Shown here: piece after piece, positions 50,313 to 63,862 of the stretch | Layout: the number at the start of each line of letters is the position of its first letter | Position numbering within the stretch: position 1 is the first letter of the stretch | Assembly (NCBI GenBank): GCA_963828525.1 | Contig: CAWHEP010000002.1 | Span: 32,001 to 96,000 of the forward strand | DNA from: an uncultured Verrucomicrobiae bacterium | GTDB lineage: Bacteria; Verrucomicrobiota; Verrucomicrobiia; Chthoniobacterales; Chthoniobacteraceae | DNA length: 64,000 nucleotides | Direction of reading: 5' to 3' | Notes under the pieces: generated by a model | The model's input: the letters and a program-made list of their open reading frames with translations, nothing else | What the model was told of the DNA's origin: nothing | Databases searched by the model: none | Position numbers and translations under genes: made by a program

Positions 50313-51797
50313 TTAAACCCCGAGATGCCGGTCGTCCTTGACGCTCACATCCGCGGAGATGCTGAAACGGTCGAGGCGCTTGCGCAAAGTCGCGCGCGTC
50401 ACGCCCAACAGCTTCGCGGCTTTCACCTGATTTCCGCGGGTGGCTTTGATCGCGTGGACAGTAAATTCCCGTTCGAGCCAGGGAAGCAATTGAACATTGG
50501 GATCGGCTTGCGCGGCGCGCAGGAGAATTTCGATGGCTCCTTCTGTCGAAGGTGGTTCATTCGAGGCTACGCCCGTTCCCGATTTTGCCGCGAGGGGTTG
50601 CTCGATGTGGTCATTATAGGAAGCGCCCAGCGGGATGTCTTTTGGGAGGAGGAGGTCGGAGGTGGCCAGAACGCACGCGCGCTGCACGGTATTCTCCAGT
50701 TCGCGCACATTCCCCGGCCATGGATAGCCTTCGAGGGCGCGAACCGCTTCCTCGGACAGCTTCAGCTTTGGGAGATGCTTCTGCGAAGCGGCTTTTTGCA
50801 GGAAATACTCAGCCAGGAGACGGATGTCCTCCATGCGCTGCCGAAGGGGCGGCAGGACGATGCGAACCACATTGAGGCGGTAAAAAAGGTCTTCGCGGAA
50901 GGTCTTTTTGGTGACTTCCTGGTCGAGGTTTTTGTTTGTGGCGGCGATGATTCTCACGTTGGAATTCAGAGTCGCGTTAGCTCCGACGCGCGAGAACTCG
51001 CCATCCTGCAACACGCGGAGAATCTTCGCCTGCACGCCCATCGGCATGTCGCCGATCTCATCGAGGAAAAGGGTGCCTCCATCGCTTTGTTCAAACCGGC
51101 CAATTCTCTGCGCGATGGCTCCTGTGAAGGAACCTTTCTCATGGCCGAAAAGTTCGCTCTCAAGCAACTGCTCAGGCATGGCGGCGCAGTTGATCGCGAC
51201 AAAGTTCCGCGAACTGCGCTCGCTGTAGTGGTGGATGGCGCGCGCGACCAGTTCCTTGCCAGAACCGCTTTCGCCGGTAATCATGACAGGCGCGTCGCTT
51301 AGTGAGACACGGCCAATCATCTTAAAGACGCTCTGCATCGCCGCCGATTTCCCCACGATGCTATCCTGGTGCTCCTCGACGGTGAGTTGAGGCTTGAAGG
51401 TGGTAGCGGCCCGCATCTCCGACTGAGTCTTCAGAGCGACGTCCACGACGATCTTGAGATTGAAAGGAAGGGCTTCTTTCCGAAGGAAATCGAAAGCGCC
51501 CAGCTTCATCGACTCAATGACCGTCTGGGTGGTGCCGAAGGCGCTAATGAGAATGACCATCGCGTTCGGGTCGCGCTGTCTTGCTTTGACCAATAACTCC
51601 AGACCGCTGTAAGGGACGAGATGTGTCTCGGTGATAAGCAAGTCCGGTCCCTCCGCCGCAAAAATGCGCCACGCGTCGTCGGCGTTGGTGGCGGTGATGA
51701 CCTTGGTCGTAGGCGTCTCCAGTTGATGCTGCGCCCACTCCAGGAAGTCGGTCTCAGGGTCTACCAAAAGGACTGTCTGACTTCGTTGCATCTTCAA
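50313..51797 (-). CDS. Sigma-54-dependent NtrC-family transcriptional regulator with an atypical receiver
   Basis: GESGSGKE, ESELFGHEKGSFTGA, LFLDEIGDM, WPGNVRELEN, Fis HTH. Confidence 0.95.
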   Translation of the reverse strand: MKMQRSQTVLLVDPETDFLEWAQHQLETPTTKVITATNADDAWRIFAAEGPDLLITETHLVPYSGLELLVKARQRDPNAMVILISAFGTTQTVIESMKLGAFDFLRKEALPFNLKIVVDVALKTQSEMRAATTFKPQLTVEEHQDSIVGKSAAMQSVFKMIGRVSLSDAPVMITGESGSGKELVARAIHHYSERSSRNFVAINCAAMPEQLLESELFGHEKGSFTGAIAQRIGRFEQSDGGTLFLDEIGDMPMGVQAKILRVLQDGEFSRVGANATLNSNVRIIAATNKNLDQEVTKKTFREDLFYRLNVVRIVLPPLRQRMEDIRLLAEYFLQKAASQKHLPKLKLSEEAVRALEGYPWPGNVRELENTVQRACVLATSDLLLPKDIPLGASYNDHIEQPLAAKSGTGVASNEPPSTEGAIEILLRAAQADPNVQLLPWLEREFTVHAIKATRGNQVKAAKLLGVTRATLRKRLDRFSISADVSVKDDRHLGV

Positions 51798-51800
51798 AAT

Positions 51801-52514
51801 TTAAACTCCGCCGTATCGGCGCGTCCGGCTACCGTACTCGCGAATCGCTCCAAGTAAATCTTCCTTCCGGAAGTCAGGCCAAAGCTTCGGAGTGACATAA
51901 ATCTCGGTGTAACTGAGCTGCCAGAGGAGGAAGTTGGAAAGGCGCATTTCGCCCGAGGTGCGTATGAGGAGGTCAGGATCAGGATAGTCGCGGGTATAGA
52001 GGTGTTTACTAAAGGCCTCCACATCGATCTTCGACCTGTCGACGAGGCCAAGGTCGATGTCTTTCAAAAGGCTCTGGATCGCGTCGATGACTTCGAGCCT
52101 GCCGCTGTAACTCAGGGCAAGGATCAAGGTAAGGGCGGTGTTGCCAGACGTTGTCTCTATCGCCTTGTGGAGAGCGCGCTGGCAAGCGGAGGGAAGATCC
52201 GTCAGCCGGCCAATCGCGCGCAGACGGACGTTTTTGTCCATCAGCTCGGGTGTCTTGTCCTTGATGAACTTCTCCAGCAACTTCATGAGCGCCATGACCT
52301 CTGCTCTCGGGCGGCTCCAGTTTTCCGCTGAGAAAGCGTAGAGGGTCAGAAATTCGACTCCAGAGTCCACGCATCCGGCAATGGCCTCCCGCACAGACTC
52401 CGCCCCTTCCTCATGTCCGCGGATGCGGGAAAGGCCTTTTTCACGCGCCCAGCGGCCATTGCCATCCATGATAACGGCAATGTGACGCGGGACAGATGTT
52501 GAAGGTTCTGCCAC
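51801..52514 (-). CDS. uppS: Undecaprenyl diphosphate synthase (isoprenyl transferase)
   Basis: HIAVIMDGNGRWA, YAFSAENWSRP, RTSGEMRLSNFLLWQ. Confidence 0.97.
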   Translation of the reverse strand: MAEPSTSVPRHIAVIMDGNGRWAREKGLSRIRGHEEGAESVREAIAGCVDSGVEFLTLYAFSAENWSRPRAEVMALMKLLEKFIKDKTPELMDKNVRLRAIGRLTDLPSACQRALHKAIETTSGNTALTLILALSYSGRLEVIDAIQSLLKDIDLGLVDRSKIDVEAFSKHLYTRDYPDPDLLIRTSGEMRLSNFLLWQLSYTEIYVTPKLWPDFRKEDLLGAIREYGSRTRRYGGV

Positions 52515-52517
52515 TTC

Positions 52518-53786
52518 TCAGATCACGATCGTCTGATCGCGATTCGCGCCAACGCTGACGATCTTTAGAAGAGCCCCAGTGAGTTCGGCGATTTTGCTGA
52601 GATAGGCGCGGGCGTTGGCAGGCAGGTCGTCGAAACGCCGCGCGCGAGTTGTGTCACATTTCCATCCCGCCATTGTCATGTATTGGGGAACGCATCGCTC
52701 GAGGACGCCGACATCGGAAGGAGGAACCTGAAGGGTTACACCGTCCAGCTCGTACGAAGAGCAGATTTTGATGTGATCGAGTTCGTCCAATCCATCCAGG
52801 TTGGTTACGGCAAGCTCATCGATTCCGTTTAGCATCGTGGCGTACCGGGTAGCCACGCTATCGAACCACCCGCATCTGCGGGCGCGCCCGGTGGTGGCTC
52901 CGAATTCGCGGCCCATGTCGTGCAGCCGCTCGCCCAGCGCGGCGTCCTCTGTGAGGAACGGCCCCTCGCCGACACGCGTGGTGTAAGCTTTCATCACCCC
53001 TAGGACGCGATCCATCCTGTGTGGCGGCACACCCGAACCGGTGCATGCGCCTCCCGCAGTGGTGTTGGAGGACGTGACGTAAGGGTAAGTTCCGTGGTCC
53101 AAGTCCAGGAAGGTACCTTGCGCGCCTTCGAAAAGTATCTCGCGTCCCGCCTTCAAGGCCTCGTGCAAGAAGACGACCGTGTTTGTGACATGGGGGGCCA
53201 ATTTCGCGCCAGCGGCAAGGTAGGCTTCGTTCAGACCGTCGTAATCGATGGAAGGTTCGCCCAACGCGTTGAGGATGCTGTTGTTCTCCCGCACCCTGCC
53301 TTTGAGCTTCTGTGAAAAGATGGCGGGCTGGATGAGGTCACACATGCGCAGACCGGTTCTCGCCGCCTTGTCGCCGTACGCTGGGCCGATGCCGCGCTTC
53401 GTAGTCCCGATTTTTTCCTCGCCCCGGCGCAGATCGCGGTGCTCATCGAGCAAGCGATGGTAGGGAAATACCAGGTGCGCGCAATCGCTGATGAGGAGGT
53501 TTGTGGAAACATCGACACCGCGGGAGCGCAGGCCGTCTATTTCAGCCAGGAGAGCGACAGGATCGATTACCACGCCATTGCCAATGACACATGTCTTGCC
53601 CGCCCGAAGAATACCCGAGGGTATAAGGTGGAGGACATACTTCTCCGACTTATCGATGACAGTATGGCCCGCATTGTTGCCGCCCTGGCTGCGAACGACA
53701 ATGTCCGCAGTTTCGGTGAGGAAATCAATGATCTTCCCTTTGCCCTCGTCCCCCCATTGGGCTCCGACCAGAATGGTATTTGCCAT
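52518..53786 (-). CDS. purA: Adenylosuccinate synthetase
   Basis: QWGDEGKGK, GGNNAGHT, GTTKRGIGPAY, EGAQG, GTYPYVTSS. Confidence 0.98.
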   Translation of the reverse strand: MANTILVGAQWGDEGKGKIIDFLTETADIVVRSQGGNNAGHTVIDKSEKYVLHLIPSGILRAGKTCVIGNGVVIDPVALLAEIDGLRSRGVDVSTNLLISDCAHLVFPYHRLLDEHRDLRRGEEKIGTTKRGIGPAYGDKAARTGLRMCDLIQPAIFSQKLKGRVRENNSILNALGEPSIDYDGLNEAYLAAGAKLAPHVTNTVVFLHEALKAGREILFEGAQGTFLDLDHGTYPYVTSSNTTAGGACTGSGVPPHRMDRVLGVMKAYTTRVGEGPFLTEDAALGERLHDMGREFGATTGRARRCGWFDSVATRYATMLNGIDELAVTNLDGLDELDHIKICSSYELDGVTLQVPPSDVGVLERCVPQYMTMAGWKCDTTRARRFDDLPANARAYLSKIAELTGALLKIVSVGANRDQTIVI

Positions 53787-53968
53787 AGCGCCTTTTAAAA
53801 ACAAGAAAACGTCCGAGTGCGGCACGAGCAAAGTTTCCTACTCGCAACGCAAGGACGTTTTCCGACTCTAACCAGGGGGAATGGCAGCGCAAGGGAATTT
53901 GTGAGGCGATCAGAGAAAGGGAATTTGGAGATCGTGAAATTCGGCATGGAAGAAAAGGTGAAATATAT

Positions 53969-53997
53969 TTGACAGGCGGAAAGCAGGGTCCTACTTT
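53969..53997 (+). promoter_or_regulatory. Sigma-70 promoter of rplM-rpsI
   Basis: TTGACA-17 nt-TACTTT with an AT-rich upstream stretch, ending 14 nt before the rplM ATG. Confidence 0.7.
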
Positions 53998-54011
53998 GCT
54001 CCCCTTTTCCG

Positions 54012-54446
54012 ATGAGGACATTTTCCGCTAAAGCAAACGAAGTCGAACGCAAATGGTGGCTGATCGACGCCAAAGACCAGGTGCTTGGTCGTGTCGCGGT
54101 GAGAGCCGCGAATATCATCCGAGGCAAGGAGAAGCCAATCTTCACACCTCACGTGGACACCGGTGACTTTGTTATCGTGATCAACGCCGACAAGGTGCGG
54201 GTGACTGGCAAGAAGGAACTTGCCAAAGTCTATACCAGTTTCTCCGGTTTTGTGGGCGGGCATAAGTCCGAGAACGTGAAGCAGCGCCGCGAAAGGCGCC
54301 CGGAATTATTGATCGAGCGCGCGGTGCGCGGGATGGTGCCGCATAACAGGCTTGGGCGCGCGGTTTACACGAAGCTGAAGGTCTATAAAGGGGACACCCA
54401 CCCGCACGCGAGCCAGAAGCCAATCACGGTCACTTCGATAGAATAA
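54012..54446 (+). CDS. rplM: 50S ribosomal protein L13
   Basis: WWLIDA..LGR, KPIFTPHVDTGDFVIVINADK. Confidence 0.98.
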   Translation: MRTFSAKANEVERKWWLIDAKDQVLGRVAVRAANIIRGKEKPIFTPHVDTGDFVIVINADKVRVTGKKELAKVYTSFSGFVGGHKSENVKQRRERRPELLIERAVRGMVPHNRLGRAVYTKLKVYKGDTHPHASQKPITVTSIE

Positions 54447-54452
54447 ATTTTC

Positions 54453-54848
54453 ATGGCACAGACAGAGGAATTCATCGCAACCGGACGCCGGAAAACCGCA
54501 GTGGCTCGCATTCGCATGACGCGCGGCAGCGGGAAAATCGAGGTAAACGGAAAAACGTTTGAAGAGTATTTCCCAACGCCTTCTCTTCAAAACACGGTGC
54601 TGCAGCCGTTTGAAGTCGCCAAGACGACAGGGGCCTTTGATCTTCTGGTAAACGCGCGCGGCGGCGGCCCAACTGGCCAGGCAGGCGCGGTGCGCCTTGC
54701 GATTGCGCGGGCGCTTTTGCTTACGCAAGACGGATTGCGCGGGCCGTTGAAGGAACAGGGTCTGCTGACTCGTGATCCAAGGATGAAAGAGCGCAAAAAG
54801 TCCGGACAGCCCGGAGCCCGGAAGCGCTTCCAGTTCTCCAAGAGATAG
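54453..54848 (+). CDS. rpsI: 30S ribosomal protein S9
   Basis: TGRRKTAVAR, GGGPTGQAGA, ERKK.G..GARKRFQFSKR. Confidence 0.98.
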   Translation: MAQTEEFIATGRRKTAVARIRMTRGSGKIEVNGKTFEEYFPTPSLQNTVLQPFEVAKTTGAFDLLVNARGGGPTGQAGAVRLAIARALLLTQDGLRGPLKEQGLLTRDPRMKERKKSGQPGARKRFQFSKR

Positions 54849-54913
54849 AGCAGCGCTGCGGTTGGGTATTCGGACCCGTATCGGGAGTCCTCCCAAACAC
54901 TTAGGGTAGCGGG

Positions 54914-55444
54914 CTACTTTGAAATTTCTCCGCCCGCGATTGGACCCGGCTCTTCCGATGTCCTGGAAGAAAACCACATCCGAACGTCAATAGGGACGAT
55001 ACCAAGAGACCTTTTCACGAAATTTTCGTCCCTTGCGTCTCCGACCCACACGTCAAATTCTGGGTAACCCTTTTTCCACAAGAAAGTATGACTCCCCAAA
55101 AGTGTTTGGAAGTGTCACTTTGAAGACACGGGCGTCACTTTCGCTCAAAAAAACCGCATGCTCTGATCCCTCCGCGATTTTCGGAAGTGAAAGCTCAACG
55201 TGCTGATTGTGGTCGCAGCGCGCCGCCCAATTTTTCAGGGAATCTACTTGGGTTGACGCGAGCTTTTCCGGCTCGTCTGCGCGAATAATTGAACTTGCTT
55301 CAGTGCTTCCGACAAGGAGACCGATTGGGGAGAGTCCTTCATTGCATTTAGGACACGGCCACGGGCGCCAGCGAAGTCTTTGACGACCTGTGGCGGAACG
55401 AAGCAGCGGACTGGGGTCGCTTTGGTCCACGGGTTCATAGCCAA
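54914..55444 (-). pseudogene. Degraded polyvalent-protein kinase-like (Kinase-PolyVal) gene
   Basis: EGSEHAVFL...VFKVT and, in another frame, GDARDENFV...IVPID; the middle appears deleted. Confidence 0.5.
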
Positions 55445-55468
55445 ACTATAGCAATCGTAATGCCCCGA

Positions 55469-55843
55469 TCAAGCTAAATGGTGGATTTCGACGTTGAGCA
55501 ATCCGACCATTTCTTCAATAAACCAAACGCGCTGAGCAACATCGGCTTCCATTGCAGGCGTGACGCGCAGGGTTTTGTGAATATGGCAACGGAGTGAGGC
55601 GCGTAAAGCGGCGCATTTCCATTCTCATCAAAGATTCAGCCGCACGGCAAAATGGTTGTAGCTGAGACGGCCCGTGATAAACGTCTTGTCTGGGCCCATG
55701 CGCCGAGCGGGTGAATAGCGAACCTCACCGCTCTCTGGCGTGTGGCCGTAGATCTTTAGCAGCATGCCGCAGTCTACTTCGCAGCCGAAAGCGTCCTCCA
55801 CAGCCGACCTGTGGCCGTCTGTGGTCCAAGACAAAGATCTCAC
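55469..55843 (-). pseudogene. IS1-family DDE transposase C-terminal remnant
   Basis: TTDGH..AVEDAFG..VD.GML.KIYG....RYSP and HKTLRVTPAMEA...W.IEEMV. Confidence 0.7.
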
Positions 55844-57108
55844 CTTGCGGCCTTGCCAGGGACGCCTGAACTTTGGCCCGGGGCCGCCGGTTTTTCGTAT
55901 GGCTTTATCTTAACCGAGAGGCCATCTACCAAATCGTCCGTGGGATTTACAACTACCTGGGCGTTCTCTTCCAGCCCCTCAAGGATCTCCATCTGAGTTC
56001 CGAAATCGCGTCCCACACGCACGTTCTTCCAATGAACTTTATTGTCACGGTCAATGATAGCGACGCGAGGACCAACGGCCTGAAAGAGCAGCGCGTCCGA
56101 AGGTATGATGATAGGAGACGAATCGTCTTTCAGCACGAACTTGACGCTGCCATACATGCCAGCGAAGAGCATGCCTTCCGGGTTCGGGATATCCACCTCT
56201 GTCAGCAAAGTGCGCGTGGTGGGATCGATCGCGCCTGAAAAGCGAGCCACCACGCCGGCGAAGTTGCGGCCGGGATATTCCGGCACCAGCAAATTGGCGG
56301 GGAGGTCCGCGCGAATGGAAGGCACGTTCGTCTGGGGGACGCTGACGTAAACGCGGAGCGGATCAGTCTGGGCCATGCCGAACAGAGCCGTGCCGGCGCT
56401 CCCGCTGCCCGCCGCGACCAGAGCGCCCACGTCCACCATGCGACTAGTGATCTCTCCAGAAAACGGAGCGACGATCTTCTGAAAGCCCTGTTGGACACGA
56501 AGATTCTGCAAGTTGGCGTCACTCGCCTGGACAGAAGCGCGGGCCGCGTCGAAAGCGGTGCGATTTTGATCGAACTCCTGCTGGCTAACGACCTTCTTCG
56601 CGATGAGGTTCTGGGCGCGCTCGAAGTTGAGGCGGGCATTATCCAGATTGGCGCGGGATTGAGCGACGGTTGCCAGGGCTTGCCGCATCTGCGCATCCAC
56701 ATCCGGCGCCTCGATCTCGGCAAGCAACTGCCCTTCGCGGACTTTGTCGCCAATGTCTACATAGCGCCTTGCCAAATAGCCGTTTGCCCGGGCGTAGAGG
56801 GTTGTCTGGATGAACGCGTTGACGGCTCCAGGCAGCACGAGTTCATGAGGGCGGCTGTCGCGCCGGACGGTGGTGGAACTTACCGTGATAACCGAAGTGT
56901 TCTCGGCAAAGGCCTCCTGCTCCCGTTTTTGCTGAACATGATGCCATGCGCCCAGGATGAGAAGAAGCGCCAGGGCGCAAACGGCGAGAAGAGGTCCCCA
57001 GATCGCGCCTGGTCTCTCCGGCGCGTGGAGAAGCGGGCGGTCCGAGCGAAGAGGCTCCAGCGTTTTCCGCGCCGGTTGATCGTTCCTGTCTTCGAGTTCG
57101 GGTGCCAT
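55840..57108 (-). CDS. RND efflux periplasmic adaptor (MFP)
   Basis: LYARANGYL, VDIGDKV, IVAPFSG, IDPTTRTL, GRDFG. Confidence 0.93.
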   Translation of the reverse strand: MAPELEDRNDQPARKTLEPLRSDRPLLHAPERPGAIWGPLLAVCALALLLILGAWHHVQQKREQEAFAENTSVITVSSTTVRRDSRPHELVLPGAVNAFIQTTLYARANGYLARRYVDIGDKVREGQLLAEIEAPDVDAQMRQALATVAQSRANLDNARLNFERAQNLIAKKVVSQQEFDQNRTAFDAARASVQASDANLQNLRVQQGFQKIVAPFSGEITSRMVDVGALVAAGSGSAGTALFGMAQTDPLRVYVSVPQTNVPSIRADLPANLLVPEYPGRNFAGVVARFSGAIDPTTRTLLTEVDIPNPEGMLFAGMYGSVKFVLKDDSSPIIIPSDALLFQAVGPRVAIIDRDNKVHWKNVRVGRDFGTQMEILEGLEENAQVVVNPTDDLVDGLSVKIKPYEKPAAPGQSSGVPGKAAR

Positions 57109-57112
57109 TCGA

Positions 57113-60100
57113 TTATGCCGCGGGGGCGTCTCCGGTTGCCTCGCGCTCAAACTCTTCGTCTGAATCGCTAGAGAAATCCTTCTTCCGAAGGATACTATAA
57201 ACCACAGGTACAAAGAACAGCGTGGCGAAGGTCGCGACAAGCAAACCCCCGATGACGGCGCGGCCGAGGGGAGCATTTTGTTCGCCTCCTTCTCCCAGCC
57301 CGAGGGACATCGGCAGCATGCCGATGATCATCGCGAGGGCAGTCATCACGACAGGCCTCAGGCGAGTATGACCCGCTGAGAGAGCGGCATCGAACGCGCT
57401 TTTGCCCTCCTTCCGCTCATCGTTCGCAAAGGTCACAAGGAGGATGCTGTTCGAGGTCGCGACGCCGATAGACATGATCGCGCCCATGAGGGAAGGAACA
57501 TTAAGCGATGTGCCTGAAATGAAGAGTATCCAGATGATGCCGCAGATCGCGCCCGGCAGAGCGGTGATGATAATGAAAGGATCGGTCCATGACTGGAAAT
57601 TCACGACCATAAGGAAATAGACAAGGACGATGGCGAAGAGAATGCCGCCACCGAGACCAAGGAACGCACTATTCATGCTCTCGACCTGGCCACGCACGGA
57701 GATCGTCGTTCCGCGGGGCAGCTTTGATTTGGGAATTCGAAGAGATGGTGCGAATCCAGCAACCCGTCCAGATGGAGAAAGGCGGCGATTTGTCGAACCA
57801 ACCCGGCTTGGGATCAAAATGGTTCGAAATCGCGTTAATATCTCCCACGATGCCGCCGAGATCCCGTCCTGCGGTGACGCGAGAATATCGAATACTGGCT
57901 GCACATTGTAGTGGTTCACGATCACGGGTGATTCACGACGCTCGATCTGGGCAAGATTACCGAGCAATTGCGGCTGCGCGAGGCCTGGGGCAGCGACAGG
58001 CGTATTCTTTAGATCCTGGAGAGTGTCCATGTTGTATTGCGGGGTTTGGACGGCGACAGGGTAGTTGACGCCATTCTGGAAGTTCAGCCAGTAGTTCGGG
58101 CGAAGTCTGGCCGCTGGAGCTGAGCGAGACGAGCATGGTGCTGGCAACCTGCTGCTGCGTGAGGCCAAGCTGCTGCGCCCGTGTCCTGTCCACATTTACC
58201 CACAGATCCGGGCCGTGCACGCGCTGGTGCACATGCACATCCACCGCGCCGCGAACCTTCACACCCGCTCCTGTATTTGCGTCGCCACGTCGAAGTTGGC
58301 CAGGGTCGCGACCCGTGACCTGGATATCGATGGGGGCCGGCAGACCGAAATTGAGAATCTGGCTCACGATATCCGGGGAGGCGAAATAGAAGCTCATGTC
58401 CGGGAACTGCTTTGGCAGCGACTGGCGGAGTGACCGGACGTAACCAGCCGTGGAGCCGTGGTTTTCGGGATTGAGCGCGACCAGTATCTCGCCATCCGCG
58501 GCGCTGGATGTCGCGTTATCACTGAAGGCGAGATTTATGCCACTGTTGGGCAGGCCGATATTGTCCAGTACGGTGTCGACCTCCCGGTTTGGAATGGTTT
58601 TGCGGATGGCGCGGCCCACTTCATAAAAGCGCTGTTCGGTCGATTCGATACGCGTGCCTTGCGGCGCGCGAACGTGAAGCCGAATCTGTCCCGCATCGAC
58701 CGCCGGGAAGAAATCGCGTCCGAGGAACGGGAGAAGGCAAAGCGAGAGGAGCAAGCAAAATCCCCATGCCAATGAAGGCGACAGAACGATGATGCAGCAG
58801 ATGACGGAGCGCGCCTGTGTAACGCTCTCGCAGCTTCTCAAAACCATCGTTAAAGCGATCGTGGACGCGGCCGAAAAAGGAATTATGCCTCCCCTCCCCT
58901 TCATGCTCGTGCTCCTTGAGGAGGAATTTCACCATGGTCGGCACGACGGTCCTCGAAAGGAAATAGGAGGCGAGCATGGCAAAAATAACCGCCATGGCCA
59001 GCGGCTGGAAAAGGAATTTGGCTGTGCCGCTCAGGAAGAAAATCGGGACAAACACAATGCAGATGCAGAGCGTGGAAACGAACGCGGGAACGGCAATCTG
59101 GGAAGCACCGTCGAGAATGGCGGGCACCATTCGCTTATTCATCGCAAGGTTACGATGGATGTTCTCGATTTCGACCGTGGCGTCATCCACGAGTATTCCG
59201 ACAGCCAGCGCGAGGCCACCGAGGGTCATGATATTCAACGTCTGACCGAGAGCGCCCATGATAATGATCGAGCACATGATGGAGAGCGGGATGGACGTCG
59301 CAACGACGACGTGCTGCGCCAACTTCCGAGGAAGAGCAAGATCATCAGCGCGGTAAGGGTAGCAGCGATGACGCCTTCCCGAAGAACGCCATTGATCGCG
59401 GCGCGGACAAAGATGGATTGATCAAAAAGCTGCGTGATATCAAGCGCTGGAGGAAGGTGGCTTTGATGCGAGGGAGGGCATCTTTCACACGTTTAATGAT
59501 GTCGATGGTCGACGCGTTGGCCGACTTCAGAATCGTCAGCAGCGCCGAGCGGATCGCGATTTTGCGAGACGATGTTCTGCTGGACCTGGTAGCCGTCCCG
59601 CACCTGGGCGACATCCCTTATATAGATCATGGTGCCGTTTACCTGGCGGATTGGGAGATTATTCAATTCCTCCAGCATAAGGGGCTGCTGTTCAGGCGCA
59701 CGCTATATTCGCGCTCGCCGATCTTTTCCGTGCCTCCCGGCAGGATGACATTCTGCGCGCTGAGGGCCGTGCTGACGTCGGCGGGAGAAAGGCCCTTTGC
59801 GAAAAGCTTTCTCGGATCAATATCCACCATGATCTGGCGCGCCTTGCCGCCGTAAGGCAGCGGGATCTGGGCTCCCTGGACGGTGGCGAGCTGGGTGCGG
59901 ATGAAGTTGAGGCCGAGGTCGTAGAGTTGCTGCTCGGAAAGGCTCTTGCTGCTGATCCCAACTGAAGGATCGGCACATTGGACGCGCTGTATTGGATAAT
60001 GAGGGGCGGGGTCGTGCCCGGAGGCATGATGCGGAACAGCGTCTGACAAATGGATGTGACCTGGGCAACACCGGCCTCCACCTTGGCGCCTTCGTGGAAG

Positions 60101-60384
60101 AAGACCTTGATTACAGCGACGCCGTTATAGGATTGAGACTCGATGTGCTGGATGTCGTTGACGGTGGTCGTCATCGCGCGCTCGCACACGGTTACAAACC
60201 GCTTCTCCATTTCCTCGGGAGCAACGCCTGAGTAGCTCCAGATGACGCTCACCACCGGAATATTGATTGAGGGGAAAATGTCAGTCGCCATCCTGAAGAT
60301 GGTGACGATGCCCATCAGTACGATCAGGATCGCCATCACCGTAAAGGTGTATGGGCGTCGCAGCGCAAGACGTACAATCCACAT
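57113..60384 (-). pseudogene. RND efflux permease split by about five or more frameshifts (decay or sequencing error)
   Basis: [59 protein letters not shown] spread over successive frames. Confidence 0.85.
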
Positions 60385-60510
60385 GGCGGGTCAGAATCGA
60401 ATCTGGTTCGAACAGCGGTTCCTATCAGACCTGCCCGAAGAGCAATCCGCGAATCGGAGGTTGGAAAAGAGTGTGCCTGGTGTTGCGCCCGACTGCTATC
60501 ATCTAAACGC

Positions 60511-61500
<990 letters not shown>

Positions 61501-61566
61501 GACGCCGTGGGTTCCAACGGGATTACCCGTTGAAATCCGCGGCAACGTTCCGCCTCATCTCGTCCG

Positions 61567-62982
<1,416 letters not shown>

Positions 62983-63146
62983 ATATGATTTTCCAGAGGT
63001 TGATTTTCGATTGAGTCCGGGAGGTTTGAGAGTATCTATCAACGCCGCGCAATGCCAATGGAGTTTTCCAAAAAGTTCAGCTTATCGAAGACGCCATCCG
63101 AAGCCGGGCCGGCAGGGGCATGGGGAGAGTCAAAGGGCGGCGGCTG

Positions 63147-63725
63147 ATGAACCTCGCGAATCGCCTCACTGTCGGACGGTTTTTCCTGACGGTCCTTTTC
63201 GTGGTTTGCCTAAGCACGACCTTCCCGTTCAGCCGAACCGCGGCTCTCGTGCTGTTTACCGCGGCCGGCCTGACGGATTATATGGACGGGGAGATTGCCC
63301 GCCGTTGCATGATGGTGACGGATTTTGGAAAACTGATGGATCCGCTGGTGGACAAGATCATGATGGCGGCCGCGTTTATCTGCCTGGTCGAGAGGCAAGC
63401 CGTTCCAGCATGGGCTGCGATCGCGATCATCAGCCGGGATTTCCTCATCACGGGATTGCGTTTGCTGGCGCTTTCCAAAGGCAAACTTCTGCCTGCTGAC
63501 CGGATGGGGAAACACAAGACGGTATGGCAGATCGTGACGGTTTCCTTTTTCCTCTGCATGATGGCGCTGGGCGAGGCGTTCCAGCGCGTGGAGACAGCGC
63601 GGTGGTGGGCGCTGATGTGGCGCTACGGCGGAATGACCCTGATCGCCTGCGCGCTCGGGTTCACCCTCTACTCCGGGTTTGGGTACCTGTGGAAGAATCG
63701 CGGGTTGATCAGCGACGGTCTATAG
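63147..63725 (+). CDS. pgsA: CDP-diacylglycerol--glycerol-3-phosphate 3-phosphatidyltransferase
   Basis: NLANRLT, TDYMDGEIAR, DFGKLMDPLVDK, GKHKT..Q. Confidence 0.92.
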   Translation: MNLANRLTVGRFFLTVLFVVCLSTTFPFSRTAALVLFTAAGLTDYMDGEIARRCMMVTDFGKLMDPLVDKIMMAAAFICLVERQAVPAWAAIAIISRDFLITGLRLLALSKGKLLPADRMGKHKTVWQIVTVSFFLCMMALGEAFQRVETARWWALMWRYGGMTLIACALGFTLYSGFGYLWKNRGLISDGL

Positions 63726-63862
63726 GAGAGCGGTTCCTGGGCTGCGGAAACTCGGATCACGATCAGTAACAGGGCCTGACCTGAGCGGTGGCCGAGGCGC
63801 CGGGCGAAGCGCGGTCGAACAAGAATTGCGCCCGCGCACTGGCGCGTTTTGTGCTGCGTTTT

